Source: Thermoanaerobaculia bacterium (GTDB lineage Bacteria; Acidobacteriota; Thermoanaerobaculia; Multivoradales; Multivoraceae). Taken from it: a stretch of 64,000 nt of DNA. Location of the stretch: assembly GCA_963664405.1 (NCBI GenBank), contig OY761158.1:4864001-4928000 (forward strand), read 5' to 3'. Below, piece after piece: positions 9,023 to 18,972 of the stretch; the stretch's first letter is position 1; every line of letters begins with the position of its first letter. The position numbers and the translations under genes are program-made. A model generated the notes under the pieces. The model did not search any database. It was not told where the DNA came from and saw only the letters and a program-made list of their open reading frames with translations.

Positions 9023-10012
9023 TCAACTGACGCGCGGCTTGTATTGGAGCAGCATCTGCAGCTCGCCGGCCTCTTTGATCGGGTCAATGAAAGACTCTTC
9101 GTAGGCGCCTTCCGGGTCGGCACGAACCATACGATCCAACAAGACGGCGTCATCGCCGACCAGGATCCGCCAGCGCTCCGCTCGGACGCCCTCGAGAATG
9201 ATCTCAGCCGCCTCTTTGGCGCTGAGCGGGGCGTCGGCAATGAAGTCCACCGCACGCTGGTGGGCCGCCTCTCGGATCTCTGCGTCGGTCATCTCTTCCG
9301 CTGCCTGGCCCTGCTGGCTCATGCGCCGCCGGGTTGTCGCGACATCCGCCGCGGACATCTCCAGCGGGTCGGCCTTGCCCATGAGTCGTCCGCTGTTGGT
9401 GACAAGGTAGGTTCCGACGTGGCCAGGCATCGCCACCGATACTTTGACGTGGGGCGCGTTGAGGCGAAGGTCGACGACCAACGCTTCGCTGAATCCCTTG
9501 ACCGCGAACTTCGCCGCGCAGTAGGCGGTTTGCGCTGTGCTCGGGCCGAGACACGCCCAGAAACCGTTGACACTACTGGTGTTGACGATGTGGCCCTCGG
9601 CGCTGCGCACCAGAAGCGGCATGAAGGCGCGAGTACAGTGGTAAACACCACCCCAGCAGATATTGAAGGTCCTGTCCCAATCGCCGCGGTCATCGAGGAG
9701 GAAGCTGCCGGCTCCGCCGATTCCGGCGTTGTTGAAGAGCAGGTTGATGTGATCGGTCCCGTGCTCACGAGCGACAGCGTCACGAAACGCCAGCACATCG
9801 CCTTCGACCGAGACGTCGCACTCGTGGGCCGTCACTCTGACTCCGGCGCGTTTGTGATCGGCGCACAGGGCGGTCGTTTCGGTCATGTTCTCGACCGATA
9901 CATCGCACATCGCTATGTTGCAACCCTCGGCAGCCAGGAGCCGCGCCAGCTCGCGCCCCATGCCGCTGCCGCCTCCGGTGACCACCGCCAGCTTGCCGCT
10001 GAAGTCCTTCAT
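9023..10012 (-). CDS. SDR family oxidoreductase
   Basis: TGGGSGMG, NNAG, YCAAK. Confidence 0.9.
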   Translation of the reverse strand: MKDFSGKLAVVTGGGSGMGRELARLLAAEGCNIAMCDVSVENMTETTALCADHKRAGVRVTAHECDVSVEGDVLAFRDAVAREHGTDHINLLFNNAGIGGAGSFLLDDRGDWDRTFNICWGGVYHCTRAFMPLLVRSAEGHIVNTSSVNGFWACLGPSTAQTAYCAAKFAVKGFSEALVVDLRLNAPHVKVSVAMPGHVGTYLVTNSGRLMGKADPLEMSAADVATTRRRMSQQGQAAEEMTDAEIREAAHQRAVDFIADAPLSAKEAAEIILEGVRAERWRILVGDDAVLLDRMVRADPEGAYEESFIDPIKEAGELQMLLQYKPRVS

Positions 10013-10144
10013 AGCCGCTCCTCTCGAAGATGTCGCTCTACTGTACCTGGGCAGCCGCGTGAGGGGGGCTCGCTGCCGGGGTCTTGGCATGACCGCGGGC
10101 GTGACATAACCTGCCCGTACCGAAGATCAGCCTAGGAGATCCCG

Positions 10145-10576
10145 ATGACGGAGTACATTCCCAGCCCCAGAGATTTTGTGCGCGAGCATGTCGAGCGCTA
10201 CGAGAGCAGCGCCGGTACCCAAGGCGTGAGCCTCCGCGATGGCGGGCCGCCCTGCATCATCGTCACCCATACCGGCAACAAGAGCGGAGCCATCCGCAAG
10301 ACCCCACTGATCCGGGTCAAGGTCGGTAACAGCTACGTCCTGGTCGCGTCGCTGGGTGGGGCCCCGACGAACCCGGTGTGGGTGCACAATCTGCGCGCCG
10401 ATCCCAAGGTCGAGCTTCGCGACGCGACAGAGGTGCAAACGATGCGGGCGCGTGAGGTCGAGGACGAGACCGAACGAGCGCGGCTCTGGGAAGCTGCGGT
10501 CGCGGCATTTCCGCTGTACGAGGAGTACCAAGCCAAGACCACGCGAGAAATCCCCGTTTTCGTTGCGGAGCCGTAG
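10145..10576 (+). CDS. Deazaflavin (F420)-dependent nitroreductase/quinone reductase (DDN family)
   Basis: TGNKSGAIRKTPL, VASLGGAPTNPVWVHNL, YEEYQAKTTREIPV. Confidence 0.88.
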   Translation: MTEYIPSPRDFVREHVERYESSAGTQGVSLRDGGPPCIIVTHTGNKSGAIRKTPLIRVKVGNSYVLVASLGGAPTNPVWVHNLRADPKVELRDATEVQTMRAREVEDETERARLWEAAVAAFPLYEEYQAKTTREIPVFVAEP

Positions 10577-11558
10577 TATTCGCATCGACTCCATCGTTGC
10601 GGTCGCCGCCGTCGCGGGTCTACTGGCCACAACCGATCTCGGCGCCGCGGGCTCTGACTCGGGCTCTCACCGGACGCCGTGGGGTGACCCCGATCTGCAG
10701 GGGATCTGGACCAACGCGACGCTCACGCCACTGGAGCGGCCGGCAGAGCTCGCGGGGAAGGAAGTTCTGACCGCGGAAGAGGCGGCCGAGCTCGAGCGGA
10801 CGACGGTCGAGCAACGCATCCGCTCCGACGGGACCTCGCCACCTGGCACGGTCGGCGGCTACAACCTGGTGTGGCGCGACGGGGGCACGAAAGTCGTGGC
10901 CGGGCGGCGCACTTCGCTCATCGTCGACCCGGCGGACGGGCGCATCCCCTGGCGGCCCGAGGCCGAGAGGGCATCGAAGAAGGAGTCCGCGCGCTACGGA
11001 GTGGGTCCCTACGACTCCTGGGTCGATCTCGACACTGGCGAGCGCTGCATCTCCGATGGCCTGCCGACGATGGTGCCGCTGCAGCCCTACAACATGAACT
11101 TCCAGATCTTTCAGGCGCCAGGGGTCGTTGCGATGCTGCACGAGATGTACCACGAGGTGCGCATCATCCCGGTCGACGGGCGGCCGCATCTACCCGAGAC
11201 CATCGACCAGTGGCTGGGCGATCCCCGCGGCCGTTGGGAGGGCGACACACTGGTCGTGGAGACGACGAACCTCGCCGACAAGCGCCACTACGTCTGGGCT
11301 CACCCGTGGCGAAAGGCACGCCCTAGCTACCGACTGGTCGAGCGCTTCACCCGGATCGACGAGGCGACGATCGACTACGAGTTCACGGTCGAGGATCCGC
11401 AGATGTTCACCCAACCTTGGACCGCGTCGGCACCGATGACCAACGACCAAGCCGCGCGCGGCGTCACCACCGGTGTGCTCTTTGAGTACGCCTGTCATGA
11501 GGGCAACTCGGCGGTGGCAAACATCCTCAGCGGTGCGCGGGCCCAAGAGCGCGACTGA
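10563..11558 (+). CDS. Secreted hypothetical protein (PDLxGxW...YACHEGN family)
   Basis: Signal peptide; PWGDPDLQGIW, ERC, GRWEGDTLVVET, EYACHEGN; TTG start inferred. Confidence 0.75.
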   Translation: MRSRSIRIDSIVAVAAVAGLLATTDLGAAGSDSGSHRTPWGDPDLQGIWTNATLTPLERPAELAGKEVLTAEEAAELERTTVEQRIRSDGTSPPGTVGGYNLVWRDGGTKVVAGRRTSLIVDPADGRIPWRPEAERASKKESARYGVGPYDSWVDLDTGERCISDGLPTMVPLQPYNMNFQIFQAPGVVAMLHEMYHEVRIIPVDGRPHLPETIDQWLGDPRGRWEGDTLVVETTNLADKRHYVWAHPWRKARPSYRLVERFTRIDEATIDYEFTVEDPQMFTQPWTASAPMTNDQAARGVTTGVLFEYACHEGNSAVANILSGARAQERD

Positions 11559-11566
11559 GTAGGGCC

Positions 11567-11977
11567 TTAGGAGGAGCCCTCTTTCGGCGGGAGCTCAGCG
11601 AATTGCGGCGCTCTGCCCCCGATGTGATCCCAGGGAGCCTTCGAGGCCACGAAGATATGCACGTCGATCTCTACTCCTGGATCACCGTCGATGCCGCCAA
11701 GTGCGACTCCATGCACTTCTCCCTGATGCGTTCCACACAGCGTCGTCCCACAACTACGACAGAAGCAGAGGCCCCATCCCGGACTGGACTCGAAGTGGGT
11801 GAGGTTCTCCTCGCCGCCGGTCCAGGAAAACGATTCGGGTACGACTTCGGCGTAGGCTGAACCGGCCCCACTGAACGCTTTCCGACAGCGAGAGCAATGG
11901 CAGCTTCTGCCGCTTCGAAGCGGCTTGGTGATGCGGTAGCGAACTCTGCCGCAGAAGCAGCCTCCTGTCTTAGGCAC
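11567..11977 (-). CDS. GFA (CENP-V) family Zn protein
   Basis: GGCFCG, CHCSRCRK, FCRSCGT. Confidence 0.9.
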   Translation of the reverse strand: MPKTGGCFCGRVRYRITKPLRSGRSCHCSRCRKAFSGAGSAYAEVVPESFSWTGGEENLTHFESSPGWGLCFCRSCGTTLCGTHQGEVHGVALGGIDGDPGVEIDVHIFVASKAPWDHIGGRAPQFAELPPKEGSS

Positions 11978-12029
11978 GTATCTTCCTCCGTCCTGGGTCT
12001 CTCGTCATTGCGCCCTCCCTGCGATGAGA

Positions 12030-12425
12030 CTACCGCGGCTTGGCGTCGGCGGCGTCGGGTAGGTCTGGGTCGAGGTGCAGCCAGCACACCTTCTCTTCGC
12101 GGCGGTCGTGAAAGCCCGCCGGGAAGGCAGCGGGATCGTCGAAGATCCCAAGTGTTATGTAGATCCGCTCGGGGCGTGGCTTGTAGCCGAAGCAGACACT
12201 CGACCCGCAGGTCGCGCAGAAGCCGCGCCAGGCCCGCTCGCTGGAGTCGTATCGCGCGGGCTCCCGGCTCCACTGGACCTTGCCGCTCTCGAAGGTCGCA
12301 AACGTCGCCACCACTGCGCCGATCGCCTTGCGACAGTTGTTGCAGTGGCAGTGGGTGACTCGACGCGGTGGCCCTTCGGCCTCGAACCGGGTTTTGCCGC
12401 ACAGGCAGCCTCCGGTGACGGTCAA
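12030..12425 (-). CDS. GFA (CENP-V) family Zn protein
   Basis: GGCLCG, CHCNNCRK, FCATCGS; TTG start overlaps the upstream TGA. Confidence 0.85.
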   Translation of the reverse strand: MTVTGGCLCGKTRFEAEGPPRRVTHCHCNNCRKAIGAVVATFATFESGKVQWSREPARYDSSERAWRGFCATCGSSVCFGYKPRPERIYITLGIFDDPAAFPAGFHDRREEKVCWLHLDPDLPDAADAKPR

Positions 12426-12852
12426 GGCTCGAGCTCGCTGATCAGGTTGGGGATCGCGCGGTCCAGGTTGCGGGCGTATATCGCCGCAAAGAGGCGACCA
12501 AACACGCCGGCGCCGAAGCCTTCGCCATCCAATACGAAGCCAATCTCCGACTCCTCGGGTCCGGTTCGCTTGAACTGGTGATCGTAATGGACGGTGAGCC
12601 ACAAGAATGGCCCCACCCACCTCCAGTTACTGCCTACGTTGAGCTCCTCCATTCGAAAGGTGGAGCGTATGCCGTTGGTCAGTCGCAGGGTGCCTTCCGA
12701 GTCGGACCCCAGGGGGCCAGGAGGGCGCAGAACGATGCTGCGGATGTGGCGAGAGCCCAACTCGGCCATTGCTCGACTCGTTCGAGATGTGCCCAGGCCC
12801 GCTCGACCGGCACTTTGACGGTGAAGCGGCGCTCCAGTAGCCGGACCAGCAT
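12422..12852 (-). pseudogene. SRPBCC/START-like protein, frameshifted
   Basis: VKVPVERAWAHLERVEQWPSWA, an extra CT (GCT-CT-CGC, near 12752), then RHIRSI...NLDRAIPNL; AGGAGAG RBS. Confidence 0.7.
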
Positions 12853-12860
12853 GCTCTCCT

Positions 12861-12956
12861 CTAGTCCAGGTCGCAGTGGCAGTGGGTGACTCGACGCGGC
12901 GACCCTTCCGCCTCGAACTGTGTCTTGCGGCACAGGCAGCCGCCGGTGACGATCAA
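12861..12956 (-). pseudogene. Truncated duplicate of the GFA 5' end (LIVTGGCLCRKTQFEAEGSPRRVTHCHCDLD*)
   Basis: 12873-12956 matches 12342-12425 at 75/84 nt (hand count). Confidence 0.85.
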
Positions 12957-13633
12957 TTTCGCCGTCCCATGATGCTCAAGATCCGCAGGAACAAATTGAT
13001 GACGTCCATATACAGAGAAGCCGCGCTATCGATGGCATTGTCCACCGTTTTCGGAATGGCGTTGGCACGGCCCCAGTCATAGCCGATGTAACCACAGAAA
13101 ATTGCGGCCACGACCCAGTCCAAGATTCCATGGCTCATCTTGAAGATGAAGACTTCGACCACCTGAACGATGATCACCACGATCAATGCGATGGTGAGCG
13201 CGCCGGCTATACGCTGAAAGAAAGCGGGGAAGAGCGTACCCAAGACCATCATGATGCCCGTCACCAGGCCGGTGACTCGAATGGCATCGCCTACGATCTC
13301 GGGGTTGTACTGGGCCACCATCATGTTGACGATGAACCCAAAGGGCACTACGACGAAGTTGTAGCCCGCAAAACTCACGGCAGGGTTGCTCGATTTGGTG
13401 AAGAGATACATGCCGAAGAAGCAGGACGCGAAGTAGCCAAGAATGAGGACCCAGCGATTGATCCCTGCGAGCGTGGACAGTGGAATGTTTCCGACCATCC
13501 ACCAGTTGACCGCAAAGCCCCAGCAAAGCGTGAGCCCGATGATCAGGTTGTAGACATTTTCCGAAATACGCTTGCCGGCGCTCTGCGATTCCGTTCGCGC
13601 AAAGACCCCACCCGCATCGGCTGTTTGTGACAT
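12953..13633 (-). CDS. Bax inhibitor-1/YccA (US12) family membrane protein
   Basis: About 7 TM; YIGYD, A.SLYMDVINLFLRIL. Confidence 0.88.
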   Translation of the reverse strand: MSQTADAGGVFARTESQSAGKRISENVYNLIIGLTLCWGFAVNWWMVGNIPLSTLAGINRWVLILGYFASCFFGMYLFTKSSNPAVSFAGYNFVVVPFGFIVNMMVAQYNPEIVGDAIRVTGLVTGIMMVLGTLFPAFFQRIAGALTIALIVVIIVQVVEVFIFKMSHGILDWVVAAIFCGYIGYDWGRANAIPKTVDNAIDSAASLYMDVINLFLRILSIMGRRN

Positions 13634-13741
13634 GTTTTCAATCCTCCAGGGCCGGCTGTCTGCTGGGTGCCAGCCACCCGATTGTACGCCTGTCTCGCTT
13701 GACTTCCCGGTCTACAATGAGGCCAACGGGGATCGAACCGT

Positions 13742-14644
13742 ATGGAGCTACTCGAGGCGCTCACCGAGCAGGTCACGTTCATCAACTCTACGGTGATCCC
13801 GTGGGTGCTGCGCCTGGTCATGCTGGGGCTCGGCCTGTCGCTGACTCTGGCGGACTTCAAGCGGGTGGTGGTTTTCCCGAAGGCGGCCCTGATCGGCCTC
13901 ACGGCTCAGTTGGTGGGCCTTCCGCTGACGGCGTTCGCCCTGGCCTGGCTGTTTGATCCGGCGCCTACGGTCGCGGTCGGGCTGGTGATCCTGGCGATCT
14001 GCCCGAGTGGGGTGACTTCCAACGCCTACACCTTCGCATCGCGGGGCGACGTTCCTCTATGCGTCACGCTGGCGGCTACAACGAGTGTGATCACGGTGTT
14101 CACGATTCCGTTCTTGACCTTCTTGGCGCTGCAGGTCTTCCTCGGCCAAGACCAGAGGCCGGACCTGCCCGTGCTCTTCATGCTGAAGGAGCTGATGCTG
14201 CTGACGCTCGTCCCGATCGCCCTCGGCATGGCCGTTCGCGCTAAATGGCCCGAGGTGGTGAAGAAGGTGGAGGAGCCGCTGCGACGGATGGTTCTCTACC
14301 TGCTCTTCCTCGTGCTCGGGCTCGGTGTGCTCTCCAGTTGGGAGATCCTGGTCAACGAGATCGCGGGAGTGGGGCTCCTGGTCATCACGATGAATCTCCT
14401 GACCATGGGGCTGGGCTACGGGTTGGCCAGATTCTTTGGCCTACCCGCGCCGCAGGTAGTGACGATCACTTTCGAGGTCGGGGTGCAGAACCTCGCCCTG
14501 GCTTTCGCGATCACGTTCAACATTCTGCAGAATCCCGACCTCGCTGTGGCGGCGCTGGTCTATGCGGCGATCATGCCGGCAACGGCGCTGCTCTTTGTTC
14601 GCTTTGGGAGGAGATTGATCGCAGCGGAAGGTGAGCCGGGGTAG
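13742..14644 (+). CDS. Bile acid:sodium symporter family transporter
   Basis: MLGLGLSLT..DF, CPSGVTSN, EVGVQN. Confidence 0.9.
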   Translation: MELLEALTEQVTFINSTVIPWVLRLVMLGLGLSLTLADFKRVVVFPKAALIGLTAQLVGLPLTAFALAWLFDPAPTVAVGLVILAICPSGVTSNAYTFASRGDVPLCVTLAATTSVITVFTIPFLTFLALQVFLGQDQRPDLPVLFMLKELMLLTLVPIALGMAVRAKWPEVVKKVEEPLRRMVLYLLFLVLGLGVLSSWEILVNEIAGVGLLVITMNLLTMGLGYGLARFFGLPAPQVVTITFEVGVQNLALAFAITFNILQNPDLAVAALVYAAIMPATALLFVRFGRRLIAAEGEPG

Positions 14645-14736
14645 CTGAGTCTTCACCCGTAGACCAGCCCTCCGCCACAGGCATCGGGCTAGAGCGTGGG
14701 ATAATGAACTATTGATTCAACAGAGGTTGGCTTAGG

Positions 14737-17427
14737 GTGATCGGTACCACACTTGCCCATTACGAAGTCCTCGAAGAGATTGGCCGGGGCGGGATGGGTG
14801 TCGTGTACAAGGCCCGCGACACACACCTGGACCGCTTTGTTGCGATCAAGGTGTTGCCCGCAGAGGCTGTTGTCAATCCCGAGAGGAAGCGAAGATTCGT
14901 TCAGGAAGCGAAATCAGCCTCCGCCCTGAACCACGCCAACATCGTCACGATCCACGACATCGCGGAAGAGAACGGCGTCGACTTCATCGCAATGGAGTAC
15001 GTGCCGGGCAAGACGCTGGACGAGTTGATCCCGCGCAAGGGCATGCGACTGAATGATGTCCTGAAGTACTCGGTTCAGATTGCGGATGCGCTGGCGACGG
15101 CCCACGAGGCCGGCATTGTTCACCGGGACATGAAACCGGGCAACATCATGGTGACCGAGAAGGGCGAGGTGAAAGTTCTCGACTTCGGGCTGGCGAAGTT
15201 GACCGAGATGGAACCGGCGGGCGCAGAAGCGCCGACCCAGACAATCAAGGGACCCAGCAGCAGCCCACACACGGAGGAAGGAACAATCCTCGGGACGGTT
15301 TGCTACATGTCGCCGGAGCAGGCCGAAGGTAAGAGTGTGGACGGGCGTTCAGACATCTTTAGCTTTGGCGCGGTGCTCTACGAGATGGTTGCCGGACAAC
15401 GAGCCTTTGCGGGAGATTCCAGGATGTCCACGTTGGCAGCGGTCATGAACAGTGACCCCAGACCGTTGCAGGAAGTGGTGGATACAGTTCCTCTTGAGCT
15501 GGAGAGGATCGTCAGTCGCTGCCTGCGGAAACAGCTGGACCGTCGCTTTCAGCACATGGACGACATCAAGATAGAACTGGAGGAACTGAAGGAGGAGTCG
15601 GAATCGGGAAGGTTGGCGACCGCGCCTGGGACCGCTGGACCAAGATCGAGGCGTGTATCCCCCTGGCTGTTGGTCGGCACGGCTGCCACGGTAGTCGCTG
15701 TGGTGATGGCGGGCTGGTTCTGGCAGCGCCGGGAGAGAGCCGTGGCGCCAGAAGCCGCGCTGAGCGCCCTTCCCATCACCAGCTACTCTGGCCAGGAAGA
15801 AGGGCCGACCTTCTCCCCAGACGGTCGCCAGGTGGCGTTCAGCTGGAACGGGGCCGACGGGAACAACTTTGACATCTATGTCAAGAGGGTCGAATCCGGC
15901 CAGCCGCTTCGCCTGACGAAAGATCCAGCAATGGATACCGACCCGGCCTGGTCGCCGGACGGCAGCTTCATCGCCTTCCGACGTATTCTGAGCTCAGGGA
16001 AGGTAGCGGTGTTGTTGGTACCCCCGTTGGGCGGGCCTGCGCGCACCGCGGGGGAGATCCTGAGTCCTAGTTTCTCCACAGGTCTCGCATGGCATCCTGA
16101 CGGTGAGCATCTTTGTGTCGTTGCCAGGGAGTCGCGTGGGGAGCGTTACGGCCTGTTCTTGCTGTCAACGGGCAGCGGCGAGATGCGAAGGCTCACTTCT
16201 CCCTCTCTGGAGTGGGACCGTGGCGAAGAGGGTCCTTCTTTTTCACCCGACGGTCGCACAATTGTCTTCACACGTCACGCCGGAAGGTTCAACGCCGAGT
16301 TGTTTCGGCTGGCTCTTTCAGAGGATCTTACGCCGGTCGGAGAACCAGAGCGACTGACATTCGAGAGCCTCACGATCAGCGACCCCACATGGACTCCGGA
16401 CGGGAGCGAGATCATGTTCTCGATGGGGGCGAACACAACGCCCAGCCTCTATAGAATGCGCCCCTCCCCCTCCGACAGGCCGAGCCGATTGCCATTAGTG
16501 GGAGAGGGAGGCGTGCATCCGGCGATCTCCGCCCCGGCACGTCGCCTGGCTTACACGCGGGTCGAATTCGACGCGGACATCTGGCGCATAGAAATCGGCG
16601 GTCCCGACGGCAAGACCGCACGTTCGGAAAGTCTGATCCACTCCAGCCGCTGGGACTCTTCGCCGCGATACTCGCCGGATGGGCAGAGAATCGCCTTCCG
16701 ATCAGACCGCTCCGGAAATGCAGAGATCTGGGTTTGTGACAGCGATGGGGCGAACGCGGTGCAAGTGACCTCCTTCGGTGGGCCGCATGCAGGAGGTCCG
16801 AACTGGTCTCCGGACGGCAAGTGGATTGTCTTTGTAGGACGGCCCGAAGGGCAGCAGGACCTTTACGTCATTAGTTCGGAGGGTGGAAGGCCACGACGCT
16901 TGACGTCGAGCTACGCCCTCGACGCCAACCCAGATTGGTCGCATGACGGCCAATGGATCTATTTCCGGTCCAACCGGACTGGCACCAACCAAGTGTGGAA
17001 GATCCCGGCCGAAGGCGGAGAAGCTGTGCGCGTGACGCACGAGACGGCGAGCCAACGGATCGGGACTTTGCTGCTGGAGTCGCCGGACGGCCGTTTCGTT
17101 TATTACGCGAGGATCGGGGAGCGAGGACTATCGGTTTGGCGCGTTCCAGTGAGCGGGGGAGAGGAGAGCCAGATCTTGGATTCGATCAGCTCGCGGAGCC
17201 ACTTTTTCCCGTCAGATCGAGGCGTCTATTATGTTGCGCCGGCCGATCCGGAAGATGGCTTCCCTGTGAGGTTTCTTGATCTCGCCAGCGGGAAGATCCG
17301 CGAGATCACCACACTGCCGAACAACCCGGGCTGGGCCATCTCCCCTTCGCCGGATGGCAAGTTTCTGCTGTATACGCGGACCGAGCAGGCGGGCTCAGAC
17401 CTGATGCTGGTGGAGAACTTCCAGTAG
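14737..17427 (+). CDS. Membrane Ser/Thr protein kinase with PD40/TolB-like beta-propeller repeats
   Basis: GRGGMG, VAIK, HRDMKPGN, DFG, YMSPEQ; TM; repeated P.(F/W)SPDG; ends SDLMLVENF. Confidence 0.93.
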   Translation: MIGTTLAHYEVLEEIGRGGMGVVYKARDTHLDRFVAIKVLPAEAVVNPERKRRFVQEAKSASALNHANIVTIHDIAEENGVDFIAMEYVPGKTLDELIPRKGMRLNDVLKYSVQIADALATAHEAGIVHRDMKPGNIMVTEKGEVKVLDFGLAKLTEMEPAGAEAPTQTIKGPSSSPHTEEGTILGTVCYMSPEQAEGKSVDGRSDIFSFGAVLYEMVAGQRAFAGDSRMSTLAAVMNSDPRPLQEVVDTVPLELERIVSRCLRKQLDRRFQHMDDIKIELEELKEESESGRLATAPGTAGPRSRRVSPWLLVGTAATVVAVVMAGWFWQRRERAVAPEAALSALPITSYSGQEEGPTFSPDGRQVAFSWNGADGNNFDIYVKRVESGQPLRLTKDPAMDTDPAWSPDGSFIAFRRILSSGKVAVLLVPPLGGPARTAGEILSPSFSTGLAWHPDGEHLCVVARESRGERYGLFLLSTGSGEMRRLTSPSLEWDRGEEGPSFSPDGRTIVFTRHAGRFNAELFRLALSEDLTPVGEPERLTFESLTISDPTWTPDGSEIMFSMGANTTPSLYRMRPSPSDRPSRLPLVGEGGVHPAISAPARRLAYTRVEFDADIWRIEIGGPDGKTARSESLIHSSRWDSSPRYSPDGQRIAFRSDRSGNAEIWVCDSDGANAVQVTSFGGPHAGGPNWSPDGKWIVFVGRPEGQQDLYVISSEGGRPRRLTSSYALDANPDWSHDGQWIYFRSNRTGTNQVWKIPAEGGEAVRVTHETASQRIGTLLLESPDGRFVYYARIGERGLSVWRVPVSGGEESQILDSISSRSHFFPSDRGVYYVAPADPEDGFPVRFLDLASGKIREITTLPNNPGWAISPSPDGKFLLYTRTEQAGSDLMLVENFQ

Positions 17428-17499
17428 GCGGAAGCTCGAGCTGCGGGACTCTTCCCCGTGTGTGCGTCGATGACGTAGCATGGGCACAGGGAGAAACAC

Positions 17500-18300
17500 G
17501 TGGGGAATCGCTTAGAAAACAAGGTCGCGGTGATCACCGGCGGCACCAGCGGCATAGGTGCTGCGACGGCGGAATTGTTCGTCGCCGAAGGCGCCAAGGT
17601 GGTTTTCAACGGACGCTCCGAAAAAAAAGGTGCGGCGCTGGCCGACCGACTGGGGGAGAGCGCCGTCTTCATCACCGGTGATGTAACGCGGGAGTCCGAC
17701 ATCAAAGCCGTCATCGAGAAGGCTGTCGACCGATTTGGGCGGCTCGACGTGCTGTTCAACAACGCCGGCGCGGGTTCTGCGGTGACCCTGGAAACCATCA
17801 CCCCTGGGCAGATCGACGAATCGGTGCATCTGTTACTGACCAGCACGATGCTTGGCGTCAAACATGCCATTGCCCCCATGAAAGCGGCCGGAGGCGGCGC
17901 CATCATCAACAACTCGAGCATCGCGGCCATCCGTCATAACCAGGGCAGCTTTCTCTATTCCGCCATCAAGGCAGCCGTGACCCACTACACGAAGATGGCC
18001 GGTGTTGCGCTGGGAGAGCACAGAATCCGGGTAAACGCCATCTCGCCCGGCGCCATCGCCACGCCGATATTCTGGGGAGGATCCGCGCGGGACAACACGA
18101 TGACGGCGGAGCACAGCGCCAAGAGCATGGCCAAGCTTCAGCGCGGCCTGGCCAAAGCCACCCCGATTCCGGATTCGGGCCTGGCGTCAGACATTGCCGA
18201 AGCTGCCTTGTATCTCGCCAGCGACGCGGGCCGCTTCGTCAACTGCCACGACCTGGTGGTCGACGGCGGCCGCACTTCTCTGTTCCGCGAAGGCGCCTGA
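17500..18300 (+). CDS. SDR family oxidoreductase
   Basis: TGGTSGIG, NNAG, YSAIK, VDGG. Confidence 0.9.
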   Translation: MGNRLENKVAVITGGTSGIGAATAELFVAEGAKVVFNGRSEKKGAALADRLGESAVFITGDVTRESDIKAVIEKAVDRFGRLDVLFNNAGAGSAVTLETITPGQIDESVHLLLTSTMLGVKHAIAPMKAAGGGAIINNSSIAAIRHNQGSFLYSAIKAAVTHYTKMAGVALGEHRIRVNAISPGAIATPIFWGGSARDNTMTAEHSAKSMAKLQRGLAKATPIPDSGLASDIAEAALYLASDAGRFVNCHDLVVDGGRTSLFREGA

Positions 18301-18318
18301 CACGATCGCGCGCAGCAC

Positions 18319-18966
18319 ATGAAGAGAACGTATCGCTTGTATGGGCAGGCCGGGAGCGGGTCGATGATTGTGGAGGCTGCGATTGCGCTCTGCGATGCCG
18401 AGGTCGAGATCATCGACGTTGAATGGGATGACCTGGGCTGGTCGAGCGCGGCCCTTGGCGAGCTCAATCCGCTAGGACAACTGCCGACACTCGTTCTTCC
18501 GGATGGTTCGGTCATGACCGAGAGCGCGGCGATGCTCATGCACCTCCACGACGCTTACCCGCAGGCACAACTGATCCCGACTGCCTCCGACCCCGAGCGG
18601 AATACTTTCTTGCGCTGGTTCGTGTTCCTCGTTGCGGCCGTGTATCCGACCTTTACCTATGGCGACGTGCCGAAGCGTTGGGTTGGCGGCGATGCAGAGG
18701 CCGGCGCGAGGCTCGAGGCCGGTACCGATGACCATCGGAAGGATCTCGATGCCCAGCTCGAAGAGGCCGCGGCGGGCCCGTGGTTTCTCGGCGACAGGTT
18801 TTGCGCGATCGATCTCTACCTGTGGGTGATGCGCTGGTGGCGCCCAGGCCCCGAGTGGTTTGCCGAGCACTGCCCCAAGCTCTCGGCCATTGGAGAGCGG
18901 GCGCTCACTCTGCCGGCCGTTACCTCTGTGCAAGGCCGAAACTTCCCCGACGGCGATACAGAGTGA
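18319..18966 (+). CDS. Glutathione S-transferase
   Basis: NPLGQLPTL...MTESAA; WFLGDRFCAID. Confidence 0.9.
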   Translation: MKRTYRLYGQAGSGSMIVEAAIALCDAEVEIIDVEWDDLGWSSAALGELNPLGQLPTLVLPDGSVMTESAAMLMHLHDAYPQAQLIPTASDPERNTFLRWFVFLVAAVYPTFTYGDVPKRWVGGDAEAGARLEAGTDDHRKDLDAQLEEAAAGPWFLGDRFCAIDLYLWVMRWWRPGPEWFAEHCPKLSAIGERALTLPAVTSVQGRNFPDGDTE

Positions 18967-18972
18967 TTCCGT

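Noticed and set aside
14737-17427. Kinase-PD40 fusion as a novelty
   Set aside because: A common expanded architecture in Acidobacteriota; used only as a taxonomic hint.
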